Assembly (NCBI GenBank): GCA_000388065.2
Contig: KB932206.1
Length of the DNA: 64,000 nucleotides
Source: Fonticula alba ATCC 38817
Taxonomy: Eukaryota; Protista; Nucleariida
Reading direction: 5' to 3' (one strand)
Part shown: positions 1 through 12,179 of the stretch, piece by piece
Position numbering within the stretch: position 1 is the first letter of the stretch
Layout of the letters: each line of letters starts with the position of its first letter
Notes under the pieces: model-generated
Databases searched by the model: none
The model's input: the letters and a program-made list of their open reading frames with translations, nothing else
What the model was told of the DNA's origin: nothing
Position numbers and translations under genes: made by a program

Positions 1-2563
1 TGGGCAATCAGCGACCGATGGCAGTCACCAAAGTCCAAGCCCCAGATCTTGACCGTCCGGTCGGCCGAGCCACTGACCAGGAGGGACGCGTCGTCGGAGA
101 TGTCGATCGACAGAGCGGGCAGCTATGTAAGCCGAGGAGGGGAGGGGGAGATGCAGGAAAGGGGGAGGGGAGGTGCAGGAAGGTCAGCAAAGAAGGAGCA
201 AGAAGCGGAAGAGGCGGCAACAAAAGACTCGCGGCAAAATGGCGGGTCGGGCGGCGAAATCCCCCACACCGGCCCAGACATACCTTGTGGCCATAGAGAG
301 AAAGGAAGAAGCGCATGGTGTCCAGGTAGAAGACCTTGATGGTGGAGTCCAGCAGGGAGATGGCCAGGAACTTGCTGTCGCGCGAAATGCACACCGCCAG
401 CACATCGTCCGTCATCTCCAGGCTTCGAGCCTGAGTGAAGCCCAGGGCCTTCTGCACGACAACCTTGGCACCGGTCTCGGCGTCCATCTCATCGGCCTCG
501 GATTCCGAGTCAGACCCGGCCTCCGCGTCGGCGTCGGCGTCGGACTCGGAATCCGAGCCAGACCCACCACGCCCCCGGCGAATCGACACGTCATACTCAT
601 CCTCACGAGTCATCAGCTCGAAGTCCCAGATCTTGACNNNNNNNNNNNNNNNNNNNNNNNNNNNNNNNNNNNNNNNNNNNNNNNNNNNNNNNNNNNNNNN
701 NNNNNNNNNNNNNNNNNNNNNNNNNNNNNNNNNNNNNNNNNNNNNNNNNNNNNNNNNNNNNNNNNNNNNNNNNNNNNNNNNNNNNNNNNNNNNNNNNNNN
801 NNNNNNNNNNNNNNNNNNNNNNNNNNNNNNNNNNNNNNNNNNNNNNNNNNNNNNNNNNNNNNNNNNNNNNNNNNNNNNNNNNNNNNNNNNNNNNNNNNNN
901 NNNNNNNNNNNNNNNNNNNNNNNNNNNNNNNNNNNNNNNNNNNNNNNNNNNNNNNNNNNNNNNNNNNNNNNNNNNNNNNNNNNNNNNNNNNNNNNNNNNN
1001 NNNNNNNNNNNNNNNNNNNNNNNNNNNNNNNNNNNNNNNNNNNNNNNNNNNNNNNNNNNNNNNNNNNNNNNNNNNNNNNNNNNNNNNNNNNNNNNNNNNN
1101 NNNNNNNNNNNNNNNNNNNNNNNNNNNNNNNNNNNNNNNNNNNNNNNNNNNNNNNNNNNNNNNNNNNNNNNNNNNNNNNNNNNNNNNNNNNNNNNNNNNN
1201 NNNNNNNNNNNNNNNNNNNNNNNNNNNNNNNNNNNNNNNNNNNNNNNNNNNNNNNNNNNNNNNNNNNNNNNNNNNNNNNNNNNNNNNNNNNNNNNNNNNN
1301 NNNNNNNNNNNNNNNNNNNNNNNNNNNNNNNNNNNNNNNNNNNNNNNNNNNNNNNNNNNNNNNNNNNNNNNNGGACCCCGTGGAAGACGAAGATGTCCCC
1401 AGGCAGGAGCTCCGGCTCTTCGGCCGCAGCAGCAGCCGCAGCGGCAGCCACAGACTCGGAATCCGAGTGGTCGGACTCCTCGCCAGCGGCTTGCTCAGCC
1501 TTGCTGGCGCGGCGCCGGCGCTTGCGGCTGGCCTTGCGCTTGATCTCGGCCTCGGATCGCAGGCGGAAAATGTGCGCCGCCCGGCCGCCGCCCTGGACCA
1601 CAAGGAAGTTCCCCTTGGGCCCGGCGAAGGACACCGAAAGGACACGATCCGTGGTCGGCCGCGGGAGGACGCCCCAGAGGGACACCGCCTGCGGGACACC
1701 GCCGACGGCCGCCCCGGCCGAAGTGGTCGTGGCACCAGCAGCGGCAGTGGACGTCTCCAGCGAGTGGGTGGTGACTTGCGCCTCGAGGGCCTCGGCGGAG
1801 ACATGGTACACACGGACCTCGCCGCTGGCGGAGCCGGTAACCAGGTACCGCTCATCCGGGCTGAGGGACATCGACAGGACGCTGCTGTTGTGCCCGACAA
1901 CCGTCTCCATGCAATGCTGCGTCTGCAGATCCCACAGCTTGACCAGGTTGTCGGCCGAGCTGCTGACAATGTGCCGCGCCTGGTTGGCAAACACAAGCCC
2001 GGTAATGGAGTCCTTGTGGCCGCGGAGGCTATCGAGGTGACAAACAGGGGGAGAGGGGGGGTCAGTGAAGGGCGGGGAGGGAGAGGGAGAGAGGGAGAGG
2101 GAGAGAGGGAGGAGACACAAGGAGAGCTATATGGTGGTCCATGGCAGGGTAGTGCGACAAAAGGAGGGGAAGAAAGAGAGGGGAAGGTACCGGAAGAGAC
2201 CGGTCTCCTCGACGCAGTCCCAGACAACAATGGCACAGTCGCGGCTGCCACTGGCCAGACGGACGCCAGCCGCGTCAAAGCAGAAAGCGGTCACGGCCGA
2301 CCGGTGCCCACTGAGCACCACGCGCAGGGTGAGTGTGCGCGTGTCGAACAGGCGCACCGCGCCATCGGCATAGCCCACAGCCAGAAGATGGGCCTGGGGG
2401 GAGACGGCGAGGCTGGTGACCATGTGCGAGCCACCCTCAAGACGGGCGGCCTAAACCCAGGGGGGGGNNNNNNNNNNNNNNNNNNNNNNNNNNNNGGGTG
2501 CTGTGGGTGCGTGTGTTGCGGGAGCCTGTGAAGAAGAGGAGGCAGAGGGGAGGGAGGGAGAGG

Positions 2564-2597
<34 letters not shown>

Positions 2598-2922
2598 GGG
2601 GGGGGGGGGGGGGGGCAGGAGAGGGGGGCGATTGCATGGTCAGTGATCGAGGGGGGGGGGGGGAGGGGGACACCAAGGAGGGACACCCAGGCCACTCAGG
2701 GACTGTGGCATGTGCAGACACACGTACCATCTCACCACGACGGATGTCCCAGACAATGACCACCTCGCCGGCGGCCGAGAAGACCCGGTTGGTGAGCGAG
2801 GCACGAATCTGCCCAACGCTCAGGTCGGTGGCCGGGGCGAAGACCGAGGCCGGCAGCGCGTCCGGCGAGGTGACCACGCCGAAGGAGGACAGGGCCTCAT
2901 ACCGAAGGTAGGTCTTGGACAT
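1..2922 (-). CDS. UTP12: U3 snoRNP/SSU processome WD40 protein UTP12/DIP2 (WDR3); multi-exon, interrupted by the gap 638-1372 and running off the window start
   Basis: ATG at 2922 gives [19 protein letters not shown]...[11 protein letters not shown], with a GTACGT donor after 2728. Later exons encode [13 protein letters not shown]...[44 protein letters not shown]...[56 protein letters not shown] and [41 protein letters not shown]. These are characteristic WDR3/Utp12 segments. Confidence 0.93.
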
Positions 2923-3711
2923 GTTCCTTGGCGGCGGGCGGAGCAGGGGAAGACGGGACAGCGGAAGGGAAGACGAAAGGAGGGGAGGAAGGAGCGGAGA
3001 GAGGGCGAAGCAGGCCTTAAACGGGGGAAATGGCTGGGGAAGCGGGAGACAGAGGGAGGACTGGGGGGGGGGGGGATATGTGACGAATGCCAGAGGGGGG
3101 AGGGGGAGGACTGCTGGACCCACCTGCAAGCGCGGGATCTGACTGAGGCGTTCCTTTTTTCGCATCGGCATTTGCCACGCTGCCTACTCCAGTCCCCCTC
3201 CTTCGGAAGAGGCGGAGGGGGGGGGGGGGGACATAGAACCTCCCCAGGAGCCTGGTGTTCGGGCCAGGCGGGGACGCGCCAAGCGGGGCGCATGTGGCTC
3301 CGTCGGTCTCCCGCCGTGCACACGTCGCGCCCGGGAGGTCGCCGCAGGCGGATCGCGGCCGGCGGGCCGGCGATGCCCATGCTGGGCAAATGGAGCGCCA
3401 TTTCACGTGTTCTTTGGATTGGCATAGGGGACAACTGCCGACGCATGGCCTTTGAGAGTCGGAGGGGATGTATTTGCGAATTGCGCGGGACGAGGGGCGG
3501 GGGGGGGGGGGAGAGGAGGGATACAAGGACGGTGTACGGAGGGAGAGAGCGAGAGAGGGAGGGAGGGAGGTGTGGAACCCATGGAGGCCTACACAAGGGG
3601 GAAGACATGCAGGAAGAGGAGGGAGAAAGAGAGATATAGGGGGAAAAAGAGGGGGTAGGTAGAAAGGGCAAAGGATGCAACTTTCCCCGGTCTTGTGGGT
3701 GCTGACTCCGA

Positions 3712-3821
3712 TCACCGGCGGCGGTTGCGGTAGCCACTGCCACCGCGACGTGCCGAGTTGTTGGAACTGGAGCTCTCTGTGGGTGACCGGGGGAGGGATG
3801 GGACAAGGGAAAGAGGAAGAG

Positions 3822-3869
<48 letters not shown>

Positions 3870-4401
3870 GAAGACACAGGGGCACACAGGGGCACACAGG
3901 GGCACACAGGGGCACACAGGGAGACACAGGGAGACACAGGGAGACAGAGAGAAGAGATGGGTCAGTGGGGGAACCGAAGAAGCAGACGGGGTGAGAAAAA
4001 AAGACAGGTCCCAGCTGAGATGCAGGGCATGCGCGCACCGCTGCCGATGTTGAAGGAGAAGGGGGTATGCTGATTGCTGCTGGAACCACCGCCAAAACCC
4101 ATCCCCGGCGGGGGCGGCCCAGCACCGGGGACGGTCGCCCCGCCAACTGGAGTGAAATTAAAGGATCCCTGAGGCTGGGCCTGCTGCTGGCCAAAGCCGG
4201 GCGTGCCAAACCCACCGCCCATCGAGGGTGACGGCGAGGCAGGGTGACTCTGCTGCTGGCCGAAGCCACCGGCACCGGCGCCAGTGCCAGTGCCAAACCC
4301 GCCACCGGGGGCTCCAAAGCCACCGGCCGGAACGCCGAAGCCACCAGCCGGACCGGTGGTCGAGGTAATGGTGGGCGAGTTGCCGAATCCGACAGCAGGA
4401 G

Positions 4402-4434
<33 letters not shown>

Positions 4435-7400
4435 TGCCGAACCCGCTGCCACCAAACCCGCCGCCAGGAGCCCCGCCGCCAAACCCACCGCCGAACCCGC
4501 CGGCAGGGGCGCCGGTGCCACCGGGGGCATTGGTGGCTCCGGCCGCCCGGCCAAAGCCCGGCGAGCCGAAGCTGCCCGACGCGCCAAAGCCCGACGAGCT
4601 GGTAGACCCGAAGAAGTTGCCGGTCGGGGCGCCGGGCTGTGCGGCGCCACCGGGCGCTGGCGAGCCGAATTGCAACTGGCCAGGAGCGGGAGCGCTGCCG
4701 GCGGGCGGCTGGCCAAAGCCACCGGCGCCGACAACACCACTACCACCGGTGGTGCTGCCGGTGCCGCTGCTACCGCCAGTACCACTGCCAAAGGCGCCAG
4801 TGGCAGTGGCAGTGGGCCGGGCGCCGAAGCCGCCTGGGGTGGGACCGGTGTTGCTACCGAAGCCGCCGGAAGCAAAGCCACCGGCGCCGAAGCCGCCTCC
4901 GGGCGCCGCGCCACCAGCAGCAGCACCGGCGGCACCAGCACCGAAGGTCAAGCCACTTGAGGAGCCGAAGCCTGGATTGGTGCTCGCGCTGGCACCGGCC
5001 CCGAAACCAACACCCAGGCCCGAGCCAAACTGCCCGGCCGGCGCCGATGGACTGCTCACCGCCGGAGTGGCACCGAGGGCTGGCGTGGCACCGAGAGCGG
5101 GGCTGGCCGATGCATTGAAAGTGAACGCCGTGCCTGGGGCACTGCTGGGGGCAGCAGCCGGGGTGCCGGCAGCACCAGGGGCCGCCAGAGTGCCACTAGC
5201 TGCCGGAGTGGTTGAGAAGCCGCCAAAGCCGCCGAACGCCGGCTGGCCATCGGCGCGAGGGGCAGCACCAGCGGCAGGGGCAGCACCAGCGGCTGTGGTG
5301 GAGGCGGTGGAAGATGCGCCAGGCGCACTGAAGGTCAGGCCGGGCGTGGTGCCGGCCGGGGCAATGCTGCCTGGGGCGGCAGTGGTAGCCGCGACACCGG
5401 GAGCCGACGCGCCAAATTGGAAGGCAGGCGTAGCACCGGCAGTGGCGCCGGCCGTCCCAGCGCCGAAGCTGAGGCCCGTAGACGCGGCCGGTGTGGTGTT
5501 AGGCGCCGTCGAGGTTGTGAAGGAGGGCCCACCGGTGCCGGCCACAGTCGTGGCGGTGTTGCTGCCACTGGCGGAGGCCCCAGCACCAAAAGTGAATGCC
5601 GGGCCGGCGCCAGCCGTCGTCGAAGCCGCGGCCCCGGGAGTCGCCACGGCGGGGACCGAAGGAGCGGTGGTCGCCGGGGTGGCTGCCGTGTTAAAGGTGA
5701 AGCCGGTGGTGGCCGGAGCGGCAGAGGAGGGCGAGCCAGCTGGGGCGCCATTGGCGGCGGCGGCGGCGGTGGTAACAGTAGCGGCAGCGGCACTCTCGGT
5801 GCCCGGGGCGGTCGAGGTGGCCGCGGTGCTCACAGGGCCGGAGGCCCCGGCAGCAGGAGCGCCGAAGGTCAACGAGGAAGTGGCTGGCGCAGCGGCGGCG
5901 TTACCGGCAGTGCCGGCGCCGCCACCGAAAGTCAACGATGTCGATGGCGCGTTCGAGCCACTAGTCTCGGTCTTGGGCATGGTGAAGGTGAAGATGGCGC
6001 TGTTGACCGCTGGCGCGGCGGCGCTTGGCGCGGCCGTCGAAGCAGCCGGTGCGGTCGTCGAAGCAGCCGGTGCGGTCGTCGAAGTGGCCGGCGCGGCGAA
6101 GGCAAAGCCGCCCGAGCTAGCGAAGGACGCCGGAACCGGCTTCTTAGTGGAGGGCTCAAGTGCGCCCTCGGCGCTCGAGGTCGCCGCCCCGGGGAGAGGA
6201 GGGAAGGAGAAGGCACTCGAGCTGCTGCCGGCGTCTGAAGCCGCAGAAGTGGAAGAAACACGCTTTTTGCTAGTCTCAGAGGCATCGGAGGACCGTGTGG
6301 CCACACGAGTGGGCCGGGCAAAAATGCGATCAGTTGATTCGGAGGAAGGGGGCTTCTCCTGGCCCGAGGGCGGGTTGAAGGTGAAGGACGGCGTCGTGGC
6401 TGGCTTGGGGTCGGCGGCGGAGGCGGCGGAGGCGGCAGCCGGGCCGGAGGCCGGGATGTTGAAGGTGAAGGAAGCGCTTGGCAATTCGGACGACAAGCCG
6501 GACTTGGGGCCGGCATCCTTGGAGGCAGCGACGGCGCTGGTGGTGCTCCCGAGGGCGGAACCACTGGCGGAGGAGGACGACAGCGAGGAGAGGGAAGCAC
6601 CCGCACCGGCGCCGGCGCCGGCGCCAGCGCCAGCGCCAGCATCAGCGCCACTGCCGAAGGTAAAGGCGGGCTTTGATGACGATGAAGAGAGGAGGCCCGC
6701 AGGCTCGGTGGTCTTGCGCGAGGATGGCTTCGAAGTGGCCGGGGAGGCAGCATCAGTACCCGGAGAAAATAGCGACGAGGTGCCCACATTCAGCGTGATG
6801 GGCGACGGAGAGAGGAACCCCCCATCCCCTGGCCGCGAAGTGGCACCCTCGGCGGAGGGCTTGCCCCCCTTCGACCGGTCGTCGGATGTCGGCAAATTGA
6901 AGGAGAAGCTCCCGGGCGCGGAGCCGAAGCTGGAAGAAGACGAATCCGAGGAGGAGGAGGAGGAGCTGGTGCCGAAGCTCAGCAGCGGAGCAGCTAGAGG
7001 AGCGGCACCGGCACCGGAGCTGGACCCGGTCGTGCCATTCACCCCGGCGGGCTTGGAGGTCGATGCATCGTCACTTGAAGCAGTGGTGCTGGTGCCAGCG
7101 CCGGTGCCGGTGGCAGTGGTGGCGGTCGTCGGCGCGAAGGTAAGGGCAGTGGTGGAGGTAGACGGGACCCCGGCAGTGCCAGACTTCGCCAGGAGTGTGC
7201 TCTTGCGAGCCTCGGCCTCCTCGGCCACGGCCTTCGCCGCACGAGCAATTAGCCGGCTCAAGGGGGTGGAGGGCGGCTCGGCCGAGGTCCGCCGGACCAG
7301 GTAGTCGAGGAAGCTCTCGGTGTCGGTGATGTTGTCCGCGCTCCGGGGCGTCAGGACGCCAAGCGATGACATGGGAGCACGAGCACGCTGGGCGGTGCAC

Positions 7401-8580
7401 TTACTCACCCGCTTGGTGCCCCGCACGCGGCGGCTTGTGGCGGGGGCCGGGGCAGACGTCGAGGCCGGGGCCGGGGCCGGGGCCGGGGCCGGGGCCGGGG
7501 CGGTAACGGGAGCCGACTGAACGGCGGCCTTTTGAGCCTGGATCTCCTTGCGACGCTTCTGCAGCGGCCCAGCGGCGGGCATCGTGGAGACGAGAGATGG
7601 GGAGTTAGGGACGATTCCTCCCCGACAAGCACATGGTCAAGGTGAACACAGGGGCACGCACAATGCGGGCGAGAATGGCCACCTCGAAATCCTCGCCGAC
7701 ATCCTCCTCTGAAGGGACATCCACAGGCATATTCAGGGTGGTCTCAGCATGAGGGGTATCATCGACAATGGGGGCCTTGGGGGCCTGGGACGTCGGCTCG
7801 CCATCGGGCTCCTGCGCGACCTCGGACTCGCGCTTGCGCTGGAGAGGAAGACCGGCGGCAGTGGCGTCAGTGACAGGCACACGAGAGGTAACCGGGCGAC
7901 AGCCTGCGAGCAGGCAATGGGGGAGAGTAGGGGGGGGGGGGGGGGGGGGGGCGCACCTTGGGATCACGCTCGCGCAGGGGAGAAGCCTCGGAGATCGGGC
8001 TGTCGGTGCCGGGGACACCGGCCGGGGGCTCACACGCCGCGGGAGTCGGGTGCGCCGGACCGGCAACCGTCGCCGGGCCATCGCCCGAGGCAAGACTGGC
8101 GCCCTCCGGCACGAACCACTCGAGCGGCTTGACCGGGGGGAAGGTCACCTCCGAAGTGTCCAGGCTTGGAAGGTCCACCAGATCGATGTCTTCGCCCGCG
8201 GGGTGGGTGGCCCCACTGGGGGGCAGGTCGCCAGTCTCGGAATCAGATGAGAAGGAGTAGGCCCCGGAGTAGAAGACTGGCTTCAAGCCGGCGCCGGTCC
8301 GACGCGGCCCGGAGATGTCCAGGAGGTGGGCCATGCCGACGGGCTCCGATAGGGCTATTGTTCCGCACGGGAGAAGGGGAAGGAGGAGGCCCAAGAGGTG
8401 AGCCGAGGTGTGGCGTGCAAAGGGCGGAGGAGGGGAGGGGAGTCAGGCCCAGGAAGAGGGGTGGCACGCACTTTCCGGTCCAGCATCGGCGTGAGGGCCT
8501 TCGCCCGGCGTCTCGCGTCGCTTGTAGAGAAAGCTGACGAGCGAGACTGTGGCGATGGCGGCGAGTGAGGCAGGCAACAT
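3712..8580 (-). CDS. Large FG-repeat nucleoporin (Nup153/Nup1/POM121-like), about 1422 aa. Proposed exons 8472-8580, 7957-8354, 7662-7838, 4039-7558, 3712-3776
   Basis: The 3.5-kb exon is packed with FTF/FSF/LTFG/GGFG/PAFG repeats in S/T/A/P/G spacers. All four introns are GT-AG and frame-compatible, and two have CTAAC/CTGAC branch-like motifs. The C-terminus reads FSFNIGS-ESSSSNNSARRGGSGYRNRRR*, a basic tail like that of Nup153/POM121. The start codon is uncertain because a gap lies just upstream. Confidence 0.75.
3871..3940. repeat. 10-bp minisatellite (G[G/A][C/G]ACACAGG x7) next to a (GA)n tract in the last nucleoporin intron
   Basis: Seven consecutive near-identical 10-mers are directly visible, preceded by a (GA)n tract at about 3827-3864. 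Confidence 0.9.
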
Positions 8581-10267
8581 GGTCGGAGCGCGCGTATGTG
8601 GGCGTGCTATGTATGTGTATAGGTGTATGGGTAGATAGGTGTGGGTGCTGTGGGTGCGTGTGTTGCGGGAGCCTGTGAAGAAGAGGAGGCAGAGGGGAGG
8701 GAGGGAGAGGGGAGGNNNNNNNNNNNNNNNNNNNNNNNNNNNNNNNNNNNNNNNNNNNNNNNNNNNNNNNNNNNNNNNNNNNNNNNNNNNNNNNNNNNNN
8801 NNNNNNNNNNGTGCGTGGGGGATGCAGGTGGGCGTGTGGCAAGGGCGGCGCGGGGCTCTCACAGGGGCGGCCAGGCGCGCCTTCGTTCGTAGGGAGGCGG
8901 AAGGCTGGGTGGGGCAGGCGGCGCACGAGGACAGCCGAGAGGCAGGGAGCGAGAGGGAGGAGAGGAGGAAAGGAGGAGGGAGGGGGGAGGGGAATGTCGG
9001 GCAAGAGGAAGGAGCGGAGCTGCTTGTTGCGTTGTCCTGGAAGGGGACTCTGCCAGGGGAGCCTAATATCCGGCGGGAGGCGAACGGCACAGGGCCCGGC
9101 CTGGCCTGCCAACTGCTCGGGCGTCCATGGACCAGACGGGGTGGCATGCGGGGCTGGGAGGCCCCGCCGGACGGGACTCAGGGGGGCGGCGGATGGCCAG
9201 CTAGCAGGGGGGTGAGGGAGGGGGACTGGGGGTGCTTTCGCTCCCCGGACCCGGGGGGGGGGGGGGGGGCGCCAGGCTCTCCCCTCCTCGTGTGCAATCC
9301 CGAGCGGACACATGCCTCGGCGTTAGCATGCCATGTGCTGAGTTCTGGGGAGAACTGAAAACCCCATCCCGAGCCCTGGGGGGCCCCTTCGGCCCCCCCC
9401 CCCCCCCACTTGAAGACATGAACGGGGGCCGATTTGTACCCTGCGCCGGGCAAAGAGGGCGCGAGCAAAAACAACTCAGCAAACAGGCCAAGAGACAGGC
9501 TACAGACGTGGGACGTGCAACGGGGGGCCGGCCGACCGGTGATCGCACAGGCAGACCCATGCGCACGCACACACGCGCGCAAGCCGCAGAGCTACTCCGA
9601 GGGCGACCGGCTCGACGAACAGGCAATCCGGGCATGCCCCCGCGTCGAATCCGCGCACACGGCGCCATTGTGTTCGCAGCCATGGAGGCCAGCCACTAGC
9701 GTGCAGCCCCCCCCACCCCCCCCCCCCCGGGCCCCATGGTTGCCGGGACGCCGTCCCAGCCGTCGGCCTCAGCCGGGAAAGGGAGCAACGGCGGACAGGG
9801 GGGGAGGGGGGGGGGGGAAGGACACTCTCGGGAAACGGCGGGAAAAACACCACGCATCCCCCGCCTCCGCCCGGCACACGGCCTGGGGACAAGAGCGGGG
9901 GTCAAACGCGAGGGACTGCCAACTGTCTGTCGAGTGGCACGTGCTAAGCGCACGAGTTCTGGGAGTGCCTCCGGGCCGCACCCTTCGCCGATCACTCGCA
10001 GCCGCCCCGGCCGCACGCCCGCGCACACGGGCGAGGCGCTTGGGCGAGCAGCACCCGGCGGGATCCTGGGTGAACGGGGACCCAGCAAACCGGGGCGTTG
10101 GAGCACACAGGCAGGACAAAGTGGCCCGCCCAAGGGCATGGATGGCTCTCCGGTGCTCGCTGAAAAGCGATCCCGCGAATGGCTGGCGCTTCGGGGCAGG
10201 CACCAAACGCATCTGCGGCCACGACACCCCTCTCTACCCTCACATCCTACCTGCGCCACATGCTGCC

Positions 10268-10335
10268 ATGGATGCACATCCCCCAGCGGCCATCTACCGC
10301 GGCCGGATACAATCCCTAAATGCCCTGCTGTACAT

Positions 10336-10368
<33 letters not shown>

Positions 10369-11183
10369 AGCACGCGCGCGTGCATCGATTGTAGGCCACC
10401 TGTCTGACGCCCCTGACCTCCGGCCCTGGTGGCCTTGCTCGCGTGTCCTCCTCCTCCTCCTCCTCGACCATGGTGCCTCTTCAGAGCTGAGCATCGTACC
10501 TTGGAAAAACTCCGACGGAATCTCCTTCGGGAGTGTCCGTCGTACCGACACCAGGTGACAGTTGTCCCTCCGCCCGACCCGACGGCCGGCAGCGTTCACA
10601 TCCCCATGTCGCATGTCACCTGGCGCGCGGCCAGTGGGGTTCTCTCGGAGATCCGCTCTCTTTGCGAGGACCGGCAGGCGGCGGTTCGCCAGAACATGCC
10701 GGCCACCGTGCTGGATCAGATTGATGATGACATTGTTGAGGTGCGTACAGAGACTGGCATGCGAGGCGGACCTGCTTGTTCGTTGCCACCTGCCTCTCCC
10801 CGCAGGACACCCCTGGCCATATGGAGAGGGATCGGGCGATCGGGCGATCGGGCGATCGGGGGGGGGGGGGCGTCAGGCGGAGGGGGAGCATCGCGACGAG
10901 GGGACACTGGCACGCGATGCTGACAGATCTCGGCCCCCGGGTGGCCGCCACATCGTAGCTGGTCACCGCCATCAGCTTTGTATACTCGCCACGCGGCACA
11001 CCGGCTCCCTCGTTGCTGCGCAAGATCCATCGATTGCGACGGTCGATGCTGGACACCCTCCGGGCGATGGCCTTCGCTCTTCGGGAAAACGACCTTCCCC
11101 CAGTGGCCCGACATGCGATGGGCCTGCGCTTTGACTGCGTTCCTGACCTGGAACCCACCCCCGCCGAGGGGGGGGAGGAGTGA
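10268..11183 (+). CDS. Hypothetical protein, about 3 exons (MDAHPPAAIYRGRIQSLNALL|AEHRTLEKLRRNLL...IDDDIVE|LVTAISFVYSPRG...PAEGGEE*)
   Basis: Frame-compatible GT-AG joins: GTACAT with a (CA)n intron, and GTGCGT...CGTAG. The product looks helical, but I recognise no family. Confidence 0.4.
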
Positions 11184-12179
11184 ATGGAAAAAACCGCGAA
11201 GCACCGATGTACCAAAAAATAAAAAATGCTCATGTAAGGCCGCAGGCGCTCGTGCTCCTTCTCTCTCACGCACACACGCGTGCAATGGACACTTCAAAAA
11301 CAGGGGCGGCAATGCCGAGGCGCGGGCACGGCGGGCGGGCGTGTGACGCTGCAGGCCAAGGATCTATTAACTGGAATGGTTAATGTCGCAAGTGCTACTT
11401 TGCTCTTCACGTGGGCCTATTGACCCGTGGCTAGAGGCCGAAGAGGAGGGTTTTTTCCCCTGTGCTCCCGACTTGGGGGCCGGGGGGGGGGGGGGGGGTC
11501 CAACCAAGAAAGAACAAGGCCATCATTTTTTATTCCCATATAAAGTGAGTTGTTCTCTTCCATGTGTGTGTGGTTTTCTGGCGTTGTCCCCCATTCTCGT
11601 TGGGGGAAAAGACAATGTTTGAGGTTCTCCCCCGGGCTCGGGCGGGGGAGCACGGGCTTTGGTGGGGAAATCCGCGTGTCCTGCCTTGGCCTGGCGCCGT
11701 GCCCGGGGGCGCTGGTATCCCCTCTGTCTGAGGCCCAGTCCCAAGGGGCTCACAGTCGCAGGGGGGTGGGCGGGCACCGGGGGGGGGGGGGGTATGCATG
11801 GATGTGCGCGCGTGTGGGAGGGCCGTGACGGGCGCGTGCGGGACCCGCTGATTGGGCATCGGAACCGTGCGCCAGGGCGGGGCAGGGGCGGGGGTCGCGT
11901 GGGCACACCGTGTCCCGCCGGGTTTCGGTTTCCTTGAACTCACCCCCAGGGGGGGAGTGTGTGTGCGGGCNNNNNNNNNNNNNNNNNNNNNNNNNNNNNN
12001 NNNNNNNNNNNNNNNNNNNNGGGGGGGTAGCGGTGTGGCCTCCCGGCCAGCCATGTGCATCCGGCCGCGGAGTGTGGAGGTATTTCCGCCGGCGGGGCCG
12101 TCGCCACCCGTCCTGGGGAGCTTTCTCTTTTGTTGTCTTGTAGTTTTTGCTCTAATTCTCTTGACTTCAATCATTCACA

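Noticed and set aside
2496-2568. 73-bp sequence identical to 8643-8715, a possible dispersed element
   Set aside because: Both copies abut N gaps and long G runs, so a mis-join through a homopolymer is the most likely cause.
4284-7304. 1006-aa ORF on the + strand
   Set aside because: It is the antisense shadow of the GC-rich nucleoporin exon, has no independent motifs, and shows mirror composition.
8811-9147. Possible upstream coding exon of the nucleoporin (MPPRLVHGRP...)
   Set aside because: The visible donor and acceptor phases do not match, and the gap 8716-8810 prevents a test.
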